Shown here piece after piece: positions 29,824 through 38,553 of a stretch of 64,000 nt of DNA. Position numbers and translations under genes: made by a program. The notes below the pieces were generated by a model. The model searched no databases, was not told the origin of the DNA, and worked only from the letters and a program-made list of their open reading frames with translations. Position 1 is the stretch's first letter; every line of letters starts with the position of its first letter. Source of the stretch: Coprothermobacterota bacterium (GTDB lineage: Bacteria; Coprothermobacterota; HKB111); NCBI GenBank assembly GCA_037440465.1, contig JBBIUB010000002.1:1-64000 (forward strand), written 5' to 3'.

Positions 29824-29899
29824 AAAAGAACCTGCCTGGGCTCTATTTTCAGAAGGAGGGGGTGAGAGAGGAGGTGGTATAGGGAAGAACCCAGGCAGG
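29824..29899 (-). terminator. Terminator-like stem with a large C/U-rich loop downstream of rpmA
   Basis: CCTGCCTGGG (29831-29840) / CCCAGGCAGG (29890-29899), followed by TTCTTTTT on the minus strand. Confidence 0.55.
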
Positions 29900-29913
29900 A
29901 TAATAGTTATAAA

Positions 29914-30198
29914 TTATGATGATGAAGGTACGATTGTAACTCTCTTTTTATCCTGTGCAAACCTCTCATATTTAACTTCACCATCTTTCAAAGCAAAAAG
30001 AGTATAATCTTTACCCTGACCAACGTTTTCTCCAGGATTCATTTTGCTTCCTCGCTGTCTGACTAGAATTGCACCAGCTCTAACTGTTTGCCCAGCATGC
30101 AATTTCACTCCGAGATACTTAGGGTTAGAATCTCTTCCATTGGAAGTACTTCCTCCGCCTTTTTTATGGGCAAATAATTGTAAATTCCATCTTTTCAT
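29914..30198 (-). CDS. rpmA: 50S ribosomal protein L27 with N-terminal extension
   Basis: [23 protein letters not shown]. Confidence 0.98.
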   Translation of the reverse strand: MKRWNLQLFAHKKGGGSTSNGRDSNPKYLGVKLHAGQTVRAGAILVRQRGSKMNPGENVGQGKDYTLFALKDGEVKYERFAQDKKRVTIVPSSS

Positions 30199-30521
30199 TT
30201 AAATAAACCCCTCAATTTTATAAGTTTTATACACTTGAATTCCTTTGCTAACTTCTCTACACTTTTAGCATATGACTCAAAAGCATAAACCACTTCTCTG
30301 GCTTTCTCTGCCGGTATTGTGGTAAGGTTAATTTTCGTTCTACCTGATAATATTATACCACGCACTTCAATTTTTAATACATCCTTCAGCCCGAAAAAAA
30401 GGTTTTGTGTTAATGCAGATACAGTAGTACATACCAACCTTTCTTTTAGCGAAGAACCGCAATGACCCCTGATAACTACCCAGGCACTATCAGTATTTAA
30501 ATAAACTTTTACCTTAACCAA
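30195..30521 (-). CDS. prp: Ribosomal-processing cysteine protease Prp (YsxB)
   Basis: GH...VC..VS catalytic pair; lies between rplU and rpmA. Confidence 0.85.
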   Translation of the reverse strand: MVKVKVYLNTDSAWVVIRGHCGSSLKERLVCTTVSALTQNLFFGLKDVLKIEVRGIILSGRTKINLTTIPAEKAREVVYAFESYAKSVEKLAKEFKCIKLIKLRGLFK

Positions 30522-30524
30522 TCC

Positions 30525-30839
30525 TTAACTCTTTATTTCCTCAACTTTGACAAGAGTGTAAGGATCTCTGTAACCGTATTTTCTTCTATAGTCAATCTTA
30601 TTTTTATATTTGAAAACTACTATTTTTTTATCTCTGCCATGCTTAATAATCTTCATTTGCACAGATGCTCCATCAATATAAGGATTACCTGTTTTAATTT
30701 CTCCATCATTACCCACGAGCAAAACTTTATCCCACTCAACTGTTTCCTTTTCCAAAAAAGAAGAGGTGTATGGTAACTTATAAATCTTCTGAGGAGATAC
30801 TTTTATCTGTCTCCCTCGTATCTCTATAACAGCATACAT
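30525..30839 (-). CDS. rplU: 50S ribosomal protein L21
   Basis: MYAVIE..GRQIKV, G.PYI.GA.V, KIVVFKYK. Confidence 0.96.
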   Translation of the reverse strand: MYAVIEIRGRQIKVSPQKIYKLPYTSSFLEKETVEWDKVLLVGNDGEIKTGNPYIDGASVQMKIIKHGRDKKIVVFKYKNKIDYRRKYGYRDPYTLVKVEEIKS

Positions 30840-30912
30840 ATATTTAATCCTCCCAGGTTTCTTTTAGAAAATTTCAAAAAACTTTCAATAAATAAATATT
30901 TATAACTTTAAA

Positions 30913-30921
30913 ATTATAACA
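30913..30921 (-). promoter_or_regulatory. Extended -10 element for rplU-prp-rpmA
   Basis: Minus strand TGTTATAAT. Confidence 0.45.
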
Positions 30922-30951
30922 CAAAAAGAATTTAAACCGACAATTTCTTTT

Positions 30952-31839
30952 TTATAAGAGCAAACCCTTCGCAACCATTACTACCTTTCCACCAACTTGC
31001 ACTTCTATCCCATCTTCTTCCTCCTGGGCTTTCAAATAAAGCAAAGATGGTCTCCTAATCTCGTAACCCTGTTCAACACATAAATTGATTTTATTTGCTC
31101 CGAAGTAGCAATGCTTAACCAGATATCCGGCCAGGCAACCATTGGCACTTCCAGTAGCTGGATCTTCTGGCACGCCATAGTAATCAGCAAAAACTCTAAC
31201 ACTCAAATCATTTTCTTTATCATACGTTCCTGTGGAGAATATCAGTAAGGTTTTAGCGTGAGTATTTTTAACCAGCTCAAAATATTTTTCTTTGTCAACC
31301 CTGGCTTTCCTTAATAACTCCAGGTTTTTCAAAGGAATTATAATAGAAGGTAATCCTGTAGATACCTCTTGTATGGGAAACCTATTGTCAATATCATCCT
31401 GGTTAAGACTTAGTACTAATGAAATTAAATCAGGAGAAAAAATAGTTCCAAAAGATGGTGGTATCTGTTTCATCCATAGAATTTCTAAATCTATTTTATA
31501 CCGCTCAAAAGAAACTGGTATTTGCCCTATTTTAAGGTTCAAGATAAGGCTATCAACCTGTTTTTTAATTATCTCATTTCTAATAATAAAAGCTGTACCT
31601 AAAACAGGATGTCCAGCAAAAGGTATTTCTTCATTAGGAGTAAAGATACGAACATCATACCCACTATCTCTCGTTTCATCCGAAAGGATGAAGGTAGTTT
31701 CAGAAAAGTTTATCTCTCTAGCGATTTTTTGCATCTCGGTATCAGATAAAGTTGCAGCATTTCTTAAAACCAAAAGTTGATTACCTGCATATTTTTTTTC
31801 AGCAAATACATCTAAAATATAAAAGTCGCAATTCTTCAT
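30952..31839 (-). CDS. PhzF family (DAP-epimerase-fold) isomerase
   Basis: DVF...GN, FSETTF, RIFTP..EIPFAGHP, EDPATGSA. Confidence 0.9.
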   Translation of the reverse strand: MKNCDFYILDVFAEKKYAGNQLLVLRNAATLSDTEMQKIAREINFSETTFILSDETRDSGYDVRIFTPNEEIPFAGHPVLGTAFIIRNEIIKKQVDSLILNLKIGQIPVSFERYKIDLEILWMKQIPPSFGTIFSPDLISLVLSLNQDDIDNRFPIQEVSTGLPSIIIPLKNLELLRKARVDKEKYFELVKNTHAKTLLIFSTGTYDKENDLSVRVFADYYGVPEDPATGSANGCLAGYLVKHCYFGANKINLCVEQGYEIRRPSLLYLKAQEEEDGIEVQVGGKVVMVAKGLLL

Positions 31840-32014
31840 TTTTTATATTCCAAACTTACTTTTAGCACTCCCTTATGCTAAAATATCCTAATCATCCCAA
31901 AGCATTCAGAAGCTCCATTAATCAATGAGTTGTTTATTCATAATAATTTTTTAAGTTATAAATAAACTTTTTTGCGTGTTAAGTGATTACTTTGTCTCTC
32001 AAATGTTATATATT

Positions 32015-32515
32015 TTATGGCTTCTCAGAAAGGTACTGTTTAGCAGTATAACCTTCAAATACTTTAGCGTCTTTATCGGTATAACGAACTTTAAACCATT
32101 CAGCCCCTTCTTCTAAAACCGTCACTTTTGAACCTTTTGGCATAACAACCAGGATTTCAAAGGTGCTTCCAGCGCCTTTTCTGAGGTTCAAGTTAACGGT
32201 AGTATACCTCTCTGTTACCCTGGGCGGAATAGTTGGTTCTGTTACTGGAGGAGTTACTTCTTCCCAGGGCTTGCTGTTAATAAAATTATCCAGAGAGTCT
32301 ACTTTATCACTAAGAGAGGCGATATCGCTTCTTAAATTTTTTACGGTTCCAGCTAACCCCCTGGTGCCATGTACATTCCAGAATGTAACTATCAACATAA
32401 CCACAACCAACACAATTAGAATCAGATTTACCCAGGAAGGACCTTTCTTTTCAGCAGCCTTGAATAAATCTTCATCATCAAAATCCGTTGTATTACTTTC
32501 ATTAAAAAAACTCAT
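32015..32515 (-). CDS. Membrane-anchored bacterial SH3-domain protein
   Basis: Acidic N-terminus, one TM, coiled coil, Pro/Thr linker, LNLRKGAG...W.KV....GY. Confidence 0.8.
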   Translation of the reverse strand: MSFFNESNTTDFDDEDLFKAAEKKGPSWVNLILIVLVVVMLIVTFWNVHGTRGLAGTVKNLRSDIASLSDKVDSLDNFINSKPWEEVTPPVTEPTIPPRVTERYTTVNLNLRKGAGSTFEILVVMPKGSKVTVLEEGAEWFKVRYTDKDAKVFEGYTAKQYLSEKP

Positions 32516-32534
32516 AAATATTCACCTCCTTAAA

Positions 32535-33887
32535 TTAACTTAAAAATTCTTTCTCTGCAATACCAATAGAGTCATCAAGGATATTTATTACCCTGTCAAT
32601 CTGTTCATTGGTTACCACAAGAGGGGGTGCTATATATGTCTTATCTACTGAAGCACGGCAGAGGTAAAGACCTCTTTCCCATGCAAGTTGTTCTATCTTG
32701 AAGGCAAACCTGTAGGAACTGGGAATTTTTTTACGGGTGTTTTTATCAGCTACATACTCTAAGGTAGTTAGAAGACCCATTCCCCTTATGTCTCCAACAG
32801 TTTTATGTTTCTTAAGAGTCTGGAGTCCCTCCATGAGATATAAACCCATTTCACTTGCTCTCTCTGGTAATTTATCTTCGATTAATACTTCTATGTTCTT
32901 CAAGGCTGCAGTTGTAGAAAGAGTATGTCCACCAAATGTAAGTCCATGGACAAACATATAATCTTCAAATGTTTCACCTAAACTATCACTTGCCAGCACA
33001 GCTCCAAGTGGTGCATAACCAGAGGTCAAGCCCTTCGCAAGTACTATAATATCCGGTTTTAACCCGAATATATTTGAAGCAAAAAGAGACCCCAGTCTTC
33101 CAAAAGCATTTACAACTTCATCTGCAATAAGGAGTACCCCATAGTTCTTTGTGATTTCTTCTACTCGCTTAAGATAACCAGGTGGTGGTAAGATTGAACC
33201 CAGAGCATTCATGACTGGTTCAAGAATTACTGCGGCAACAGTTTTGGGTCCTTCCCACTCTATAGCCTGCGCTATAGCTTCAGCACACTCCAGTTTACAG
33301 AAAACAGGTTCCTGTCCAAATTCACAACGATAACAGTAAGGTGGGGGAACATGATGAAAACCAGGCACGAGTGGCTCAAAGGGTTGTCTATAAACCCTTA
33401 TTCCTGTAGCACTCAAGGCCCCCAAAGTAACGCCATGGTAGGACTCTTTTCGAGAGATTATTTTATAGCGCCCACTTTGACCTTTAAGCTGGAAGTACTG
33501 TCTACTCATCTTGATAGCTGTTTCTACAGCCTCAGAACCTCCACTAACGAAAAATACTCTGTTTAAATTAGCAGGGGCAATTTCCTTTAATTTTGCTGCA
33601 GCCAGAATAGCTGGTATGTTAGAATACCCACCAAAAAGAGAAGCATATCCTATTTTTTCTGATTGTTCCTTTATAGCATCTACAATCTCCCTTCTTCCAT
33701 GCCCAACATTAACAACCCAGAGCATAGACAATCCATCTATATACTCATTCCCATCAATATCCTGTATTATTGCACCATCACCATCTACAATAATTTTTGA
33801 TCCCTTTTCTTTGACTTCTTTCATCGATGTATAATGATGCCAGAGAGTTTCCCTGGCCTCATATGCTAAGAAATCTTTATCTTTCAT
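32535..33887 (-). CDS. Class III PLP-dependent aminotransferase (omega-amino acid:pyruvate type)
   Basis: GGSEAVE, SYHG, ADEV, AKGLTSGY, HGLTFGGH. Confidence 0.9.
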   Translation of the reverse strand: MKDKDFLAYEARETLWHHYTSMKEVKEKGSKIIVDGDGAIIQDIDGNEYIDGLSMLWVVNVGHGRREIVDAIKEQSEKIGYASLFGGYSNIPAILAAAKLKEIAPANLNRVFFVSGGSEAVETAIKMSRQYFQLKGQSGRYKIISRKESYHGVTLGALSATGIRVYRQPFEPLVPGFHHVPPPYCYRCEFGQEPVFCKLECAEAIAQAIEWEGPKTVAAVILEPVMNALGSILPPPGYLKRVEEITKNYGVLLIADEVVNAFGRLGSLFASNIFGLKPDIIVLAKGLTSGYAPLGAVLASDSLGETFEDYMFVHGLTFGGHTLSTTAALKNIEVLIEDKLPERASEMGLYLMEGLQTLKKHKTVGDIRGMGLLTTLEYVADKNTRKKIPSSYRFAFKIEQLAWERGLYLCRASVDKTYIAPPLVVTNEQIDRVINILDDSIGIAEKEFLS

Positions 33888-33932
33888 TAATTCCTCCCAG
33901 AAAAAAGCATAATAGCTTCAATATCTTTACTA

Positions 33933-34766
33933 TTATAGAAGCTTCTCCAGCTCATCACGAGATATGCTGTAAGTATGATCTTTAGATGGAAAATCTCCAC
34001 TCTCTACTTCTTTTTTGTAACTCTGCAAGGCTGATAGGATAACTTCTGCCAGATTAGCATATTTCTTAACAAATTTTGGTGTGAACAATTCAAAAATACC
34101 CAGAAGGTCATTCACGATTAATAACTGACCATCGCAGTATTTTCCTGCACCAATACCAATAATAGGTATTATTGCTCTTTCCGCAATAATCTTTCCTACC
34201 TCCTCGGGAATTGCCTCCAGAAGAATGGAAAAAGCACCTGCTTCTTCAAGAGCTTTAGCATCATCAATAATAGCCTTTGCTGTTTCTGCTGTTTTACCCT
34301 GAGCAACAAAACCACCAAGCTGCGTGATAGATTGAGGAGTAAGCCCAATATGACCCATAACAGGTATGCCAGCTTTTACTATTCCATCTACAATATGAGC
34401 TACCCTTGCACCACCCTCAAGTTTAATAGCATCAGCACCACCTTCCTTAACAAACCTTCCAGCATTCCATATGGCGTCTTCAACATTTCTATGATAAGCC
34501 ATAAAAGGCATGTCGCCTATCACAAGTGGGCTCTTTGCTCCTCTACTGACAGCTTTTGTATGATGAATCATCTCGTCCATAGTAACAGGTAAGGTATTGC
34601 TGTACCCAAGAACAACCATCCCGAGAGAATCTCCTACCAGAACAATGTCAATGCCTGTCTTCTCCATAAAGCAAGCAGTGGGATAATCATAACAGGTAAG
34701 CATTACTATCTTCTTGCCTTCCTGTTTTTTCTTTATTAAATCAGGTATCGTAATCTTCTTTACCAT
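33933..34766 (-). CDS. panB: 3-methyl-2-oxobutanoate hydroxymethyltransferase
   Basis: LVGDSLGM, DMPF, KLEGG, GHIGLTPQ, GIGAG..CDGQ. Confidence 0.93.
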   Translation of the reverse strand: MVKKITIPDLIKKKQEGKKIVMLTCYDYPTACFMEKTGIDIVLVGDSLGMVVLGYSNTLPVTMDEMIHHTKAVSRGAKSPLVIGDMPFMAYHRNVEDAIWNAGRFVKEGGADAIKLEGGARVAHIVDGIVKAGIPVMGHIGLTPQSITQLGGFVAQGKTAETAKAIIDDAKALEEAGAFSILLEAIPEEVGKIIAERAIIPIIGIGAGKYCDGQLLIVNDLLGIFELFTPKFVKKYANLAEVILSALQSYKKEVESGDFPSKDHTYSISRDELEKLL

Positions 34767-34775
34767 TTCTGCCTC

Positions 34776-35708
34776 CTAAGGTTTTGGAATAGCAAGATCT
34801 ACAGGTCCTTGTGGAGAAAGTTTTAAATCAGGAGCTGTCCTCTCTATAAGCTCTCTAATGATTTCTGCTTGCTTTACTTTTTCTCTTGCCAGAAATGACA
34901 GAGAATCAGGGCTAACCCAGGGTTTATATAAAGCTCCTACTCCTGCTCCAGGTTCAATCTTTAAGTAACATGGAGAACATACCCTTCCAAGCTCTCCTCC
35001 CTCCCAGAAACGGTTAAAACCACCCATAGAATCAAATAGATAGATATGCAGGTCCATAGGTATCTTTACAGCTTTACGAATAGAAGCCAGCATTGGTAAA
35101 GACATATCAGCTACAGGATTAAATGTATTCGCTCCAAGCGTCTCCAGAACCTTTGCGCCAGCTGCATTAGCATGCCCTGCGAAGATAGAAACCTTAAAAG
35201 TGGTCTCTTTCGGTATATCACCTTCTGCTCGCATTTTGCTCAAAAGATTAAGAAGTCCTTCATCCCAGATTAAAAATCCCCTGAACCCAGCTTCAATGCA
35301 ACGAAAGATGTCAGCTATTATATAGGAAAGGTTATCAGAACCTCTTACTCTAAGGCCAGATAACGCTCCTTCGGGAGTAGCGATCTGTCTTCCTTGATCC
35401 CATAAAGACCTGGGTCCAGGTGTTACTATCACTTCTATTCTGGTATCGTGTGCCATTTGAGCAAAATCCTTTAACTCCTGTTTAGATAGAAGAGTTGCAC
35501 CCATCACCATGCCAATAACTCTGTGAACGGGAACTTTCTGTTTGTTCATCTCATCTATCATAGCCTCAAGGGTAGAAGAACGTTCTATTCCTGAAATTTC
35601 TATGCGATAGTGAGCACCATCCGGAAAAGTGTAAGGAGAATTTGATAACTCATAAGCGTCTCTTCCCGGTATTCCGTATTTTTCCATCAATCTTCTGATG
35701 TACTCCAT
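34776..35708 (-). CDS. Conserved-looking hypothetical protein, probable TIM barrel (distantly U32-like)
   Basis: 310 aa alpha/beta pattern (FKVS, GANTFN, IPMDLHI, YLKIE), strong RBS; lacks the canonical U32 Cys cluster. Confidence 0.5.
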   Translation of the reverse strand: MEYIRRLMEKYGIPGRDAYELSNSPYTFPDGAHYRIEISGIERSSTLEAMIDEMNKQKVPVHRVIGMVMGATLLSKQELKDFAQMAHDTRIEVIVTPGPRSLWDQGRQIATPEGALSGLRVRGSDNLSYIIADIFRCIEAGFRGFLIWDEGLLNLLSKMRAEGDIPKETTFKVSIFAGHANAAGAKVLETLGANTFNPVADMSLPMLASIRKAVKIPMDLHIYLFDSMGGFNRFWEGGELGRVCSPCYLKIEPGAGVGALYKPWVSPDSLSFLAREKVKQAEIIRELIERTAPDLKLSPQGPVDLAIPKP

Positions 35709-35813
35709 AAATATTCTTCCTCCTTATAATCAGGAAAATTTTATCTACTATGGAATTATACCAGATGTGATTAATATTATTTTTTAGAATTAGAAAAGGC
35801 TTCTTTTAAAAAA

Positions 35814-35889
35814 TGGTACCCCCAAGCGGATTCGAACCGCTGCCGCGGCCTTGAAAGGGCCGTGTCCTAGGCCTCTAGACGATGGGGGC
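35814..35889 (-). tRNA. tRNA-Glu (TTC)
   Basis: Cloverleaf, anticodon loop CTTTCAA, GTTCGAATC, encoded CCA. Confidence 0.97.
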
Positions 35890-35904
35890 ACAAAATTAAT
35901 TATA

Positions 35905-35979
35905 TGGTGGGCCCACCTGGACTTGAACCAGGAACCTTCCGGTTATGAGCCGGTGGCTCTGCCATTGAGCTATAGGCCC
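35905..35979 (-). tRNA. tRNA with CAT anticodon, probably tRNA-Ile2
   Basis: Anticodon loop CTCATAA; 5' GGGCCTATAGCTCA is Ile-type; no initiator features; CCA. Confidence 0.85.
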
Positions 35980-35991
35980 ACTATCAATAAA

Positions 35992-36067
35992 TGGCTGCTC
36001 GGGCAGGACTTGAACCTGCAACCAGACGGTTAACAGCCGCCCGCTCTACCAATTGAGCTACCGAGCA
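35992..36067 (-). tRNA. tRNA-Asn (GTT)
   Basis: Anticodon loop CTGTTAA, G discriminator, CCA. Confidence 0.96.
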
Positions 36068-36136
36068 ATCTTACTAAATATTATATCATATGCCTTTTAG
36101 TGAATTGTCAATGGTTTAATACCTCATTAAGAATGT

Positions 36137-36165
36137 TTGACAGGGTATTAAATTTATGCTATCTT
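36137..36165 (+). promoter_or_regulatory. sigma70-type promoter of the methyltransferase gene
   Basis: TTGACA-N17-TATCTT with TG extension; AGGAGG RBS downstream. Confidence 0.55.
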
Positions 36166-36187
36166 AAAAAAAAATATAGGAGGATAT

Positions 36188-36934
36188 ATGGTGTTAGATT
36201 TTGATGATTTCTATGGTGAAGACTATCTTAATATATATGGCCCTGACCTGGATCAACGAACCCAGGTTGAGGTTGAGTTTATAGATTCTACATTAAATTT
36301 GGAACCCCAAGCAAAGATTCTTGATCTATTTTGCGGATATGGTAGGCATGCTCTACTACTGGGTAAACTGGGATATGAAGTAGTAGGTGTCGATACATCT
36401 CAGTATTTGATTGATATAGGTATAAAAAAAATAGAAACTGCCAGATTGAGTCAGAAAATTTCTTTACTAAAAAAGAAGAAAGATGAGATAGGTTTTAATA
36501 ATGAATTTGATGCTGTTATCAATATGTATACCAGTTTTGGTTTTTACGAAGATGATGAAGACAATTTTTCCCTTCTAAAAAAAGCCTATGATGCTTTAAA
36601 GCCAGGAGGAAAATTTCTGTTAGATGTTGTTAATAGGGAAAGAGTAGTATCTCAACCCAGGTTTAAAAACTGGGAAGAGCGAAACGAAAGTCTTTTTTTA
36701 TTGGAAGCTTACGACTTTAATTATTTGAGGGGTCGTGCTATTACTAGAAGAATAATATTAGATAAAGGTGTAAGGAAAGAAGGCTATATTTCTATAAGGC
36801 TTTACACCTTAGCTGAACTAAAAATGGCTTTAGAAGCAGCAGGTTTTAATGTAGAGAAAGTATATGGTGGTTATAACGGGAACCTTTTCACAAATCTTTC
36901 TCCCCGAATGATACCCTTATGCATTAAAACTTGA
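36188..36934 (+). CDS. Class I SAM-dependent methyltransferase
   Basis: ILDLFCGYGRH, FDAVI, LKPGG. Confidence 0.9.
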   Translation: MVLDFDDFYGEDYLNIYGPDLDQRTQVEVEFIDSTLNLEPQAKILDLFCGYGRHALLLGKLGYEVVGVDTSQYLIDIGIKKIETARLSQKISLLKKKKDEIGFNNEFDAVINMYTSFGFYEDDEDNFSLLKKAYDALKPGGKFLLDVVNRERVVSQPRFKNWEERNESLFLLEAYDFNYLRGRAITRRIILDKGVRKEGYISIRLYTLAELKMALEAAGFNVEKVYGGYNGNLFTNLSPRMIPLCIKT

Positions 36935-36959
36935 AATTATATTATAAATATATGAAATT

Positions 36960-37739
36960 CTAACTGCTTCTTCTGATCTGTATTATTTCTGCAAGAATAG
37001 AAATAGCTATTTCTGTTGGTGTTATAGCACCTATAGAAATACCAATTGGTGTCTTAACTTGAGATAGCTTATCTTCAGGAATCCCTGAGTTAGTGAGGTT
37101 ATATATAATCTCTCTCGCTTTTTGACGACTGGCAATCATTCCCAAGTATTTCGGTAAAACGGGCTTCCGTAATATGATTTCTAATATAGATTGGTCAAAA
37201 CCGTGACTCCGTGTTGCTATCACTATATACATTCTTTCATTGTCTATATCAAGGTTATGAGCTGTTACCATCATATCGCCATGAATAAAATTAACCTCAG
37301 AAGAGAAATGCTCATCAGTTAGGAGTTCTTTTCTATCATCAATGACTATTACCTTAAAGCCAAGATTAAGAGCTATTTTAGACACAGCTTGACCTATGTG
37401 ACCACTACCAAAGATATATAGCTTATCAATAAATCCCATAGGTTCAATAAATACTGCCATACTACCACCACATAACATACCCAGGCTCTCAAGAGCTATC
37501 TCTAAATACTTAGATTCTTTTAACTCTATACACTTAAAACTTTCTTCTATCACCCTGGATTCTATAGCTCCCCCTCCTACCGTTCCAGATGAACTGCCAT
37601 CAGGGTAAATCAACATTTTAAAACCTGTTTTCCCTGGTGCGCCTTCAACCCCTCTTATTACTGTAGCCAAAGCAAAAGGAATCCCAGATTCAAGATTTCC
37701 AAGAATCTCTTCATAAAGCCTTTTGTCATTTGCTTGCAT
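36960..37739 (-). CDS. xdhC: XdhC family molybdoenzyme maturation factor
   Basis: GTVGGG..E, CGG, IFGSGH, IDDR, YLGMI, TP.EIA.SI.AEI. Confidence 0.88.
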   Translation of the reverse strand: MQANDKRLYEEILGNLESGIPFALATVIRGVEGAPGKTGFKMLIYPDGSSSGTVGGGAIESRVIEESFKCIELKESKYLEIALESLGMLCGGSMAVFIEPMGFIDKLYIFGSGHIGQAVSKIALNLGFKVIVIDDRKELLTDEHFSSEVNFIHGDMMVTAHNLDIDNERMYIVIATRSHGFDQSILEIILRKPVLPKYLGMIASRQKAREIIYNLTNSGIPEDKLSQVKTPIGISIGAITPTEIAISILAEIIQIRRSS

Positions 37740-37741
37740 TT

Positions 37742-38362
37742 CTAATTATCCCCTTTCTTGAAATTTATTAATCTTTCGTATTCAACTGGTGTATCCAGGT
37801 CCATGAGAACCTTTTCATCTTGAACTTCTACTTCCACAATAAAATCAGAATGTCTGTTCAACAAATCTCTAAGTGTATCTTTCTCATTATCAAGAGAAAG
37901 AACCTCACTCCTGAGTTTGTTATTAAACAGTAACGGATGCCCTCTTCTTTTTTTAAAAACAGGGGCAACTATAAGCGAAGTTAAAGGAGAAAAAACATCA
38001 CTAAGACTAACTAACCACTTTGACTGTATAAATGGTTGATCTCCCAGAATTACATAGAAACCATCAATATCTTCTCTTAATGCTCTAACTCCAGTCTGCA
38101 CTGAAGAAAGCATTCCCTTTTTGTAAGAAGGGTTAAAGACAACCTTAATTCCCAACTCTTTAATCACTGGACCAAGAATGCTCAAAATAATATTTTTATC
38201 AAAACCAAGAACTAAAATTATTTCTGAAATACCTGAATAGTATAATGTATTCAAAATCCTACTTCCAATTGGCTTGTTATCCCAGGGAAGAAGGATTTTA
38301 TTCTTCCCCATTCGCGTTGATTTACCAGCAGCTAAAACTACTGCTCCTAAATTATTTAACAT
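37742..38362 (-). CDS. mocA: Molybdenum cofactor cytidylyltransferase (MocA-like)
   Basis: LAAGKSTRMG..K, LGDQP, RGHP, DLDTP. Confidence 0.85.
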   Translation of the reverse strand: MLNNLGAVVLAAGKSTRMGKNKILLPWDNKPIGSRILNTLYYSGISEIILVLGFDKNIILSILGPVIKELGIKVVFNPSYKKGMLSSVQTGVRALREDIDGFYVILGDQPFIQSKWLVSLSDVFSPLTSLIVAPVFKKRRGHPLLFNNKLRSEVLSLDNEKDTLRDLLNRHSDFIVEVEVQDEKVLMDLDTPVEYERLINFKKGDN

Positions 38363-38487
38363 AAATCCCCTTTTTTATGAGTCTCTTAACTATATGATAT
38401 TAAAAGTGGTTTCATTAAAAATGCTAACACAAATTAACTACTCCCTTATAATACATAAAAAATACTGAAAGATTTCATATATAATCC

Positions 38488-38519
38488 AAAAAAATTGGCG
38501 GGATTTTACTCCCGCCAAA
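38488..38519 (-). terminator. Intrinsic terminator of the Mo-hydroxylase/permease operon
   Basis: TTGGCGGGA-N6-TCCCGCCAA stem followed by a T-run on the minus strand. Confidence 0.8.
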
Positions 38520-38553
38520 TAATTATTTTAATAAAAGTTCATCCTAAATATTG

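Noticed and set aside
31932..31967. Inverted repeat GTTTATTCATAA / TTATAAATAAAC upstream of the PhzF-family gene
   Set aside because: Very AT-rich, plausibly chance, and no linked regulator.
35851..36033. 60 aa ORF on the + strand
   Set aside because: Antisense shadow of three tRNA genes.
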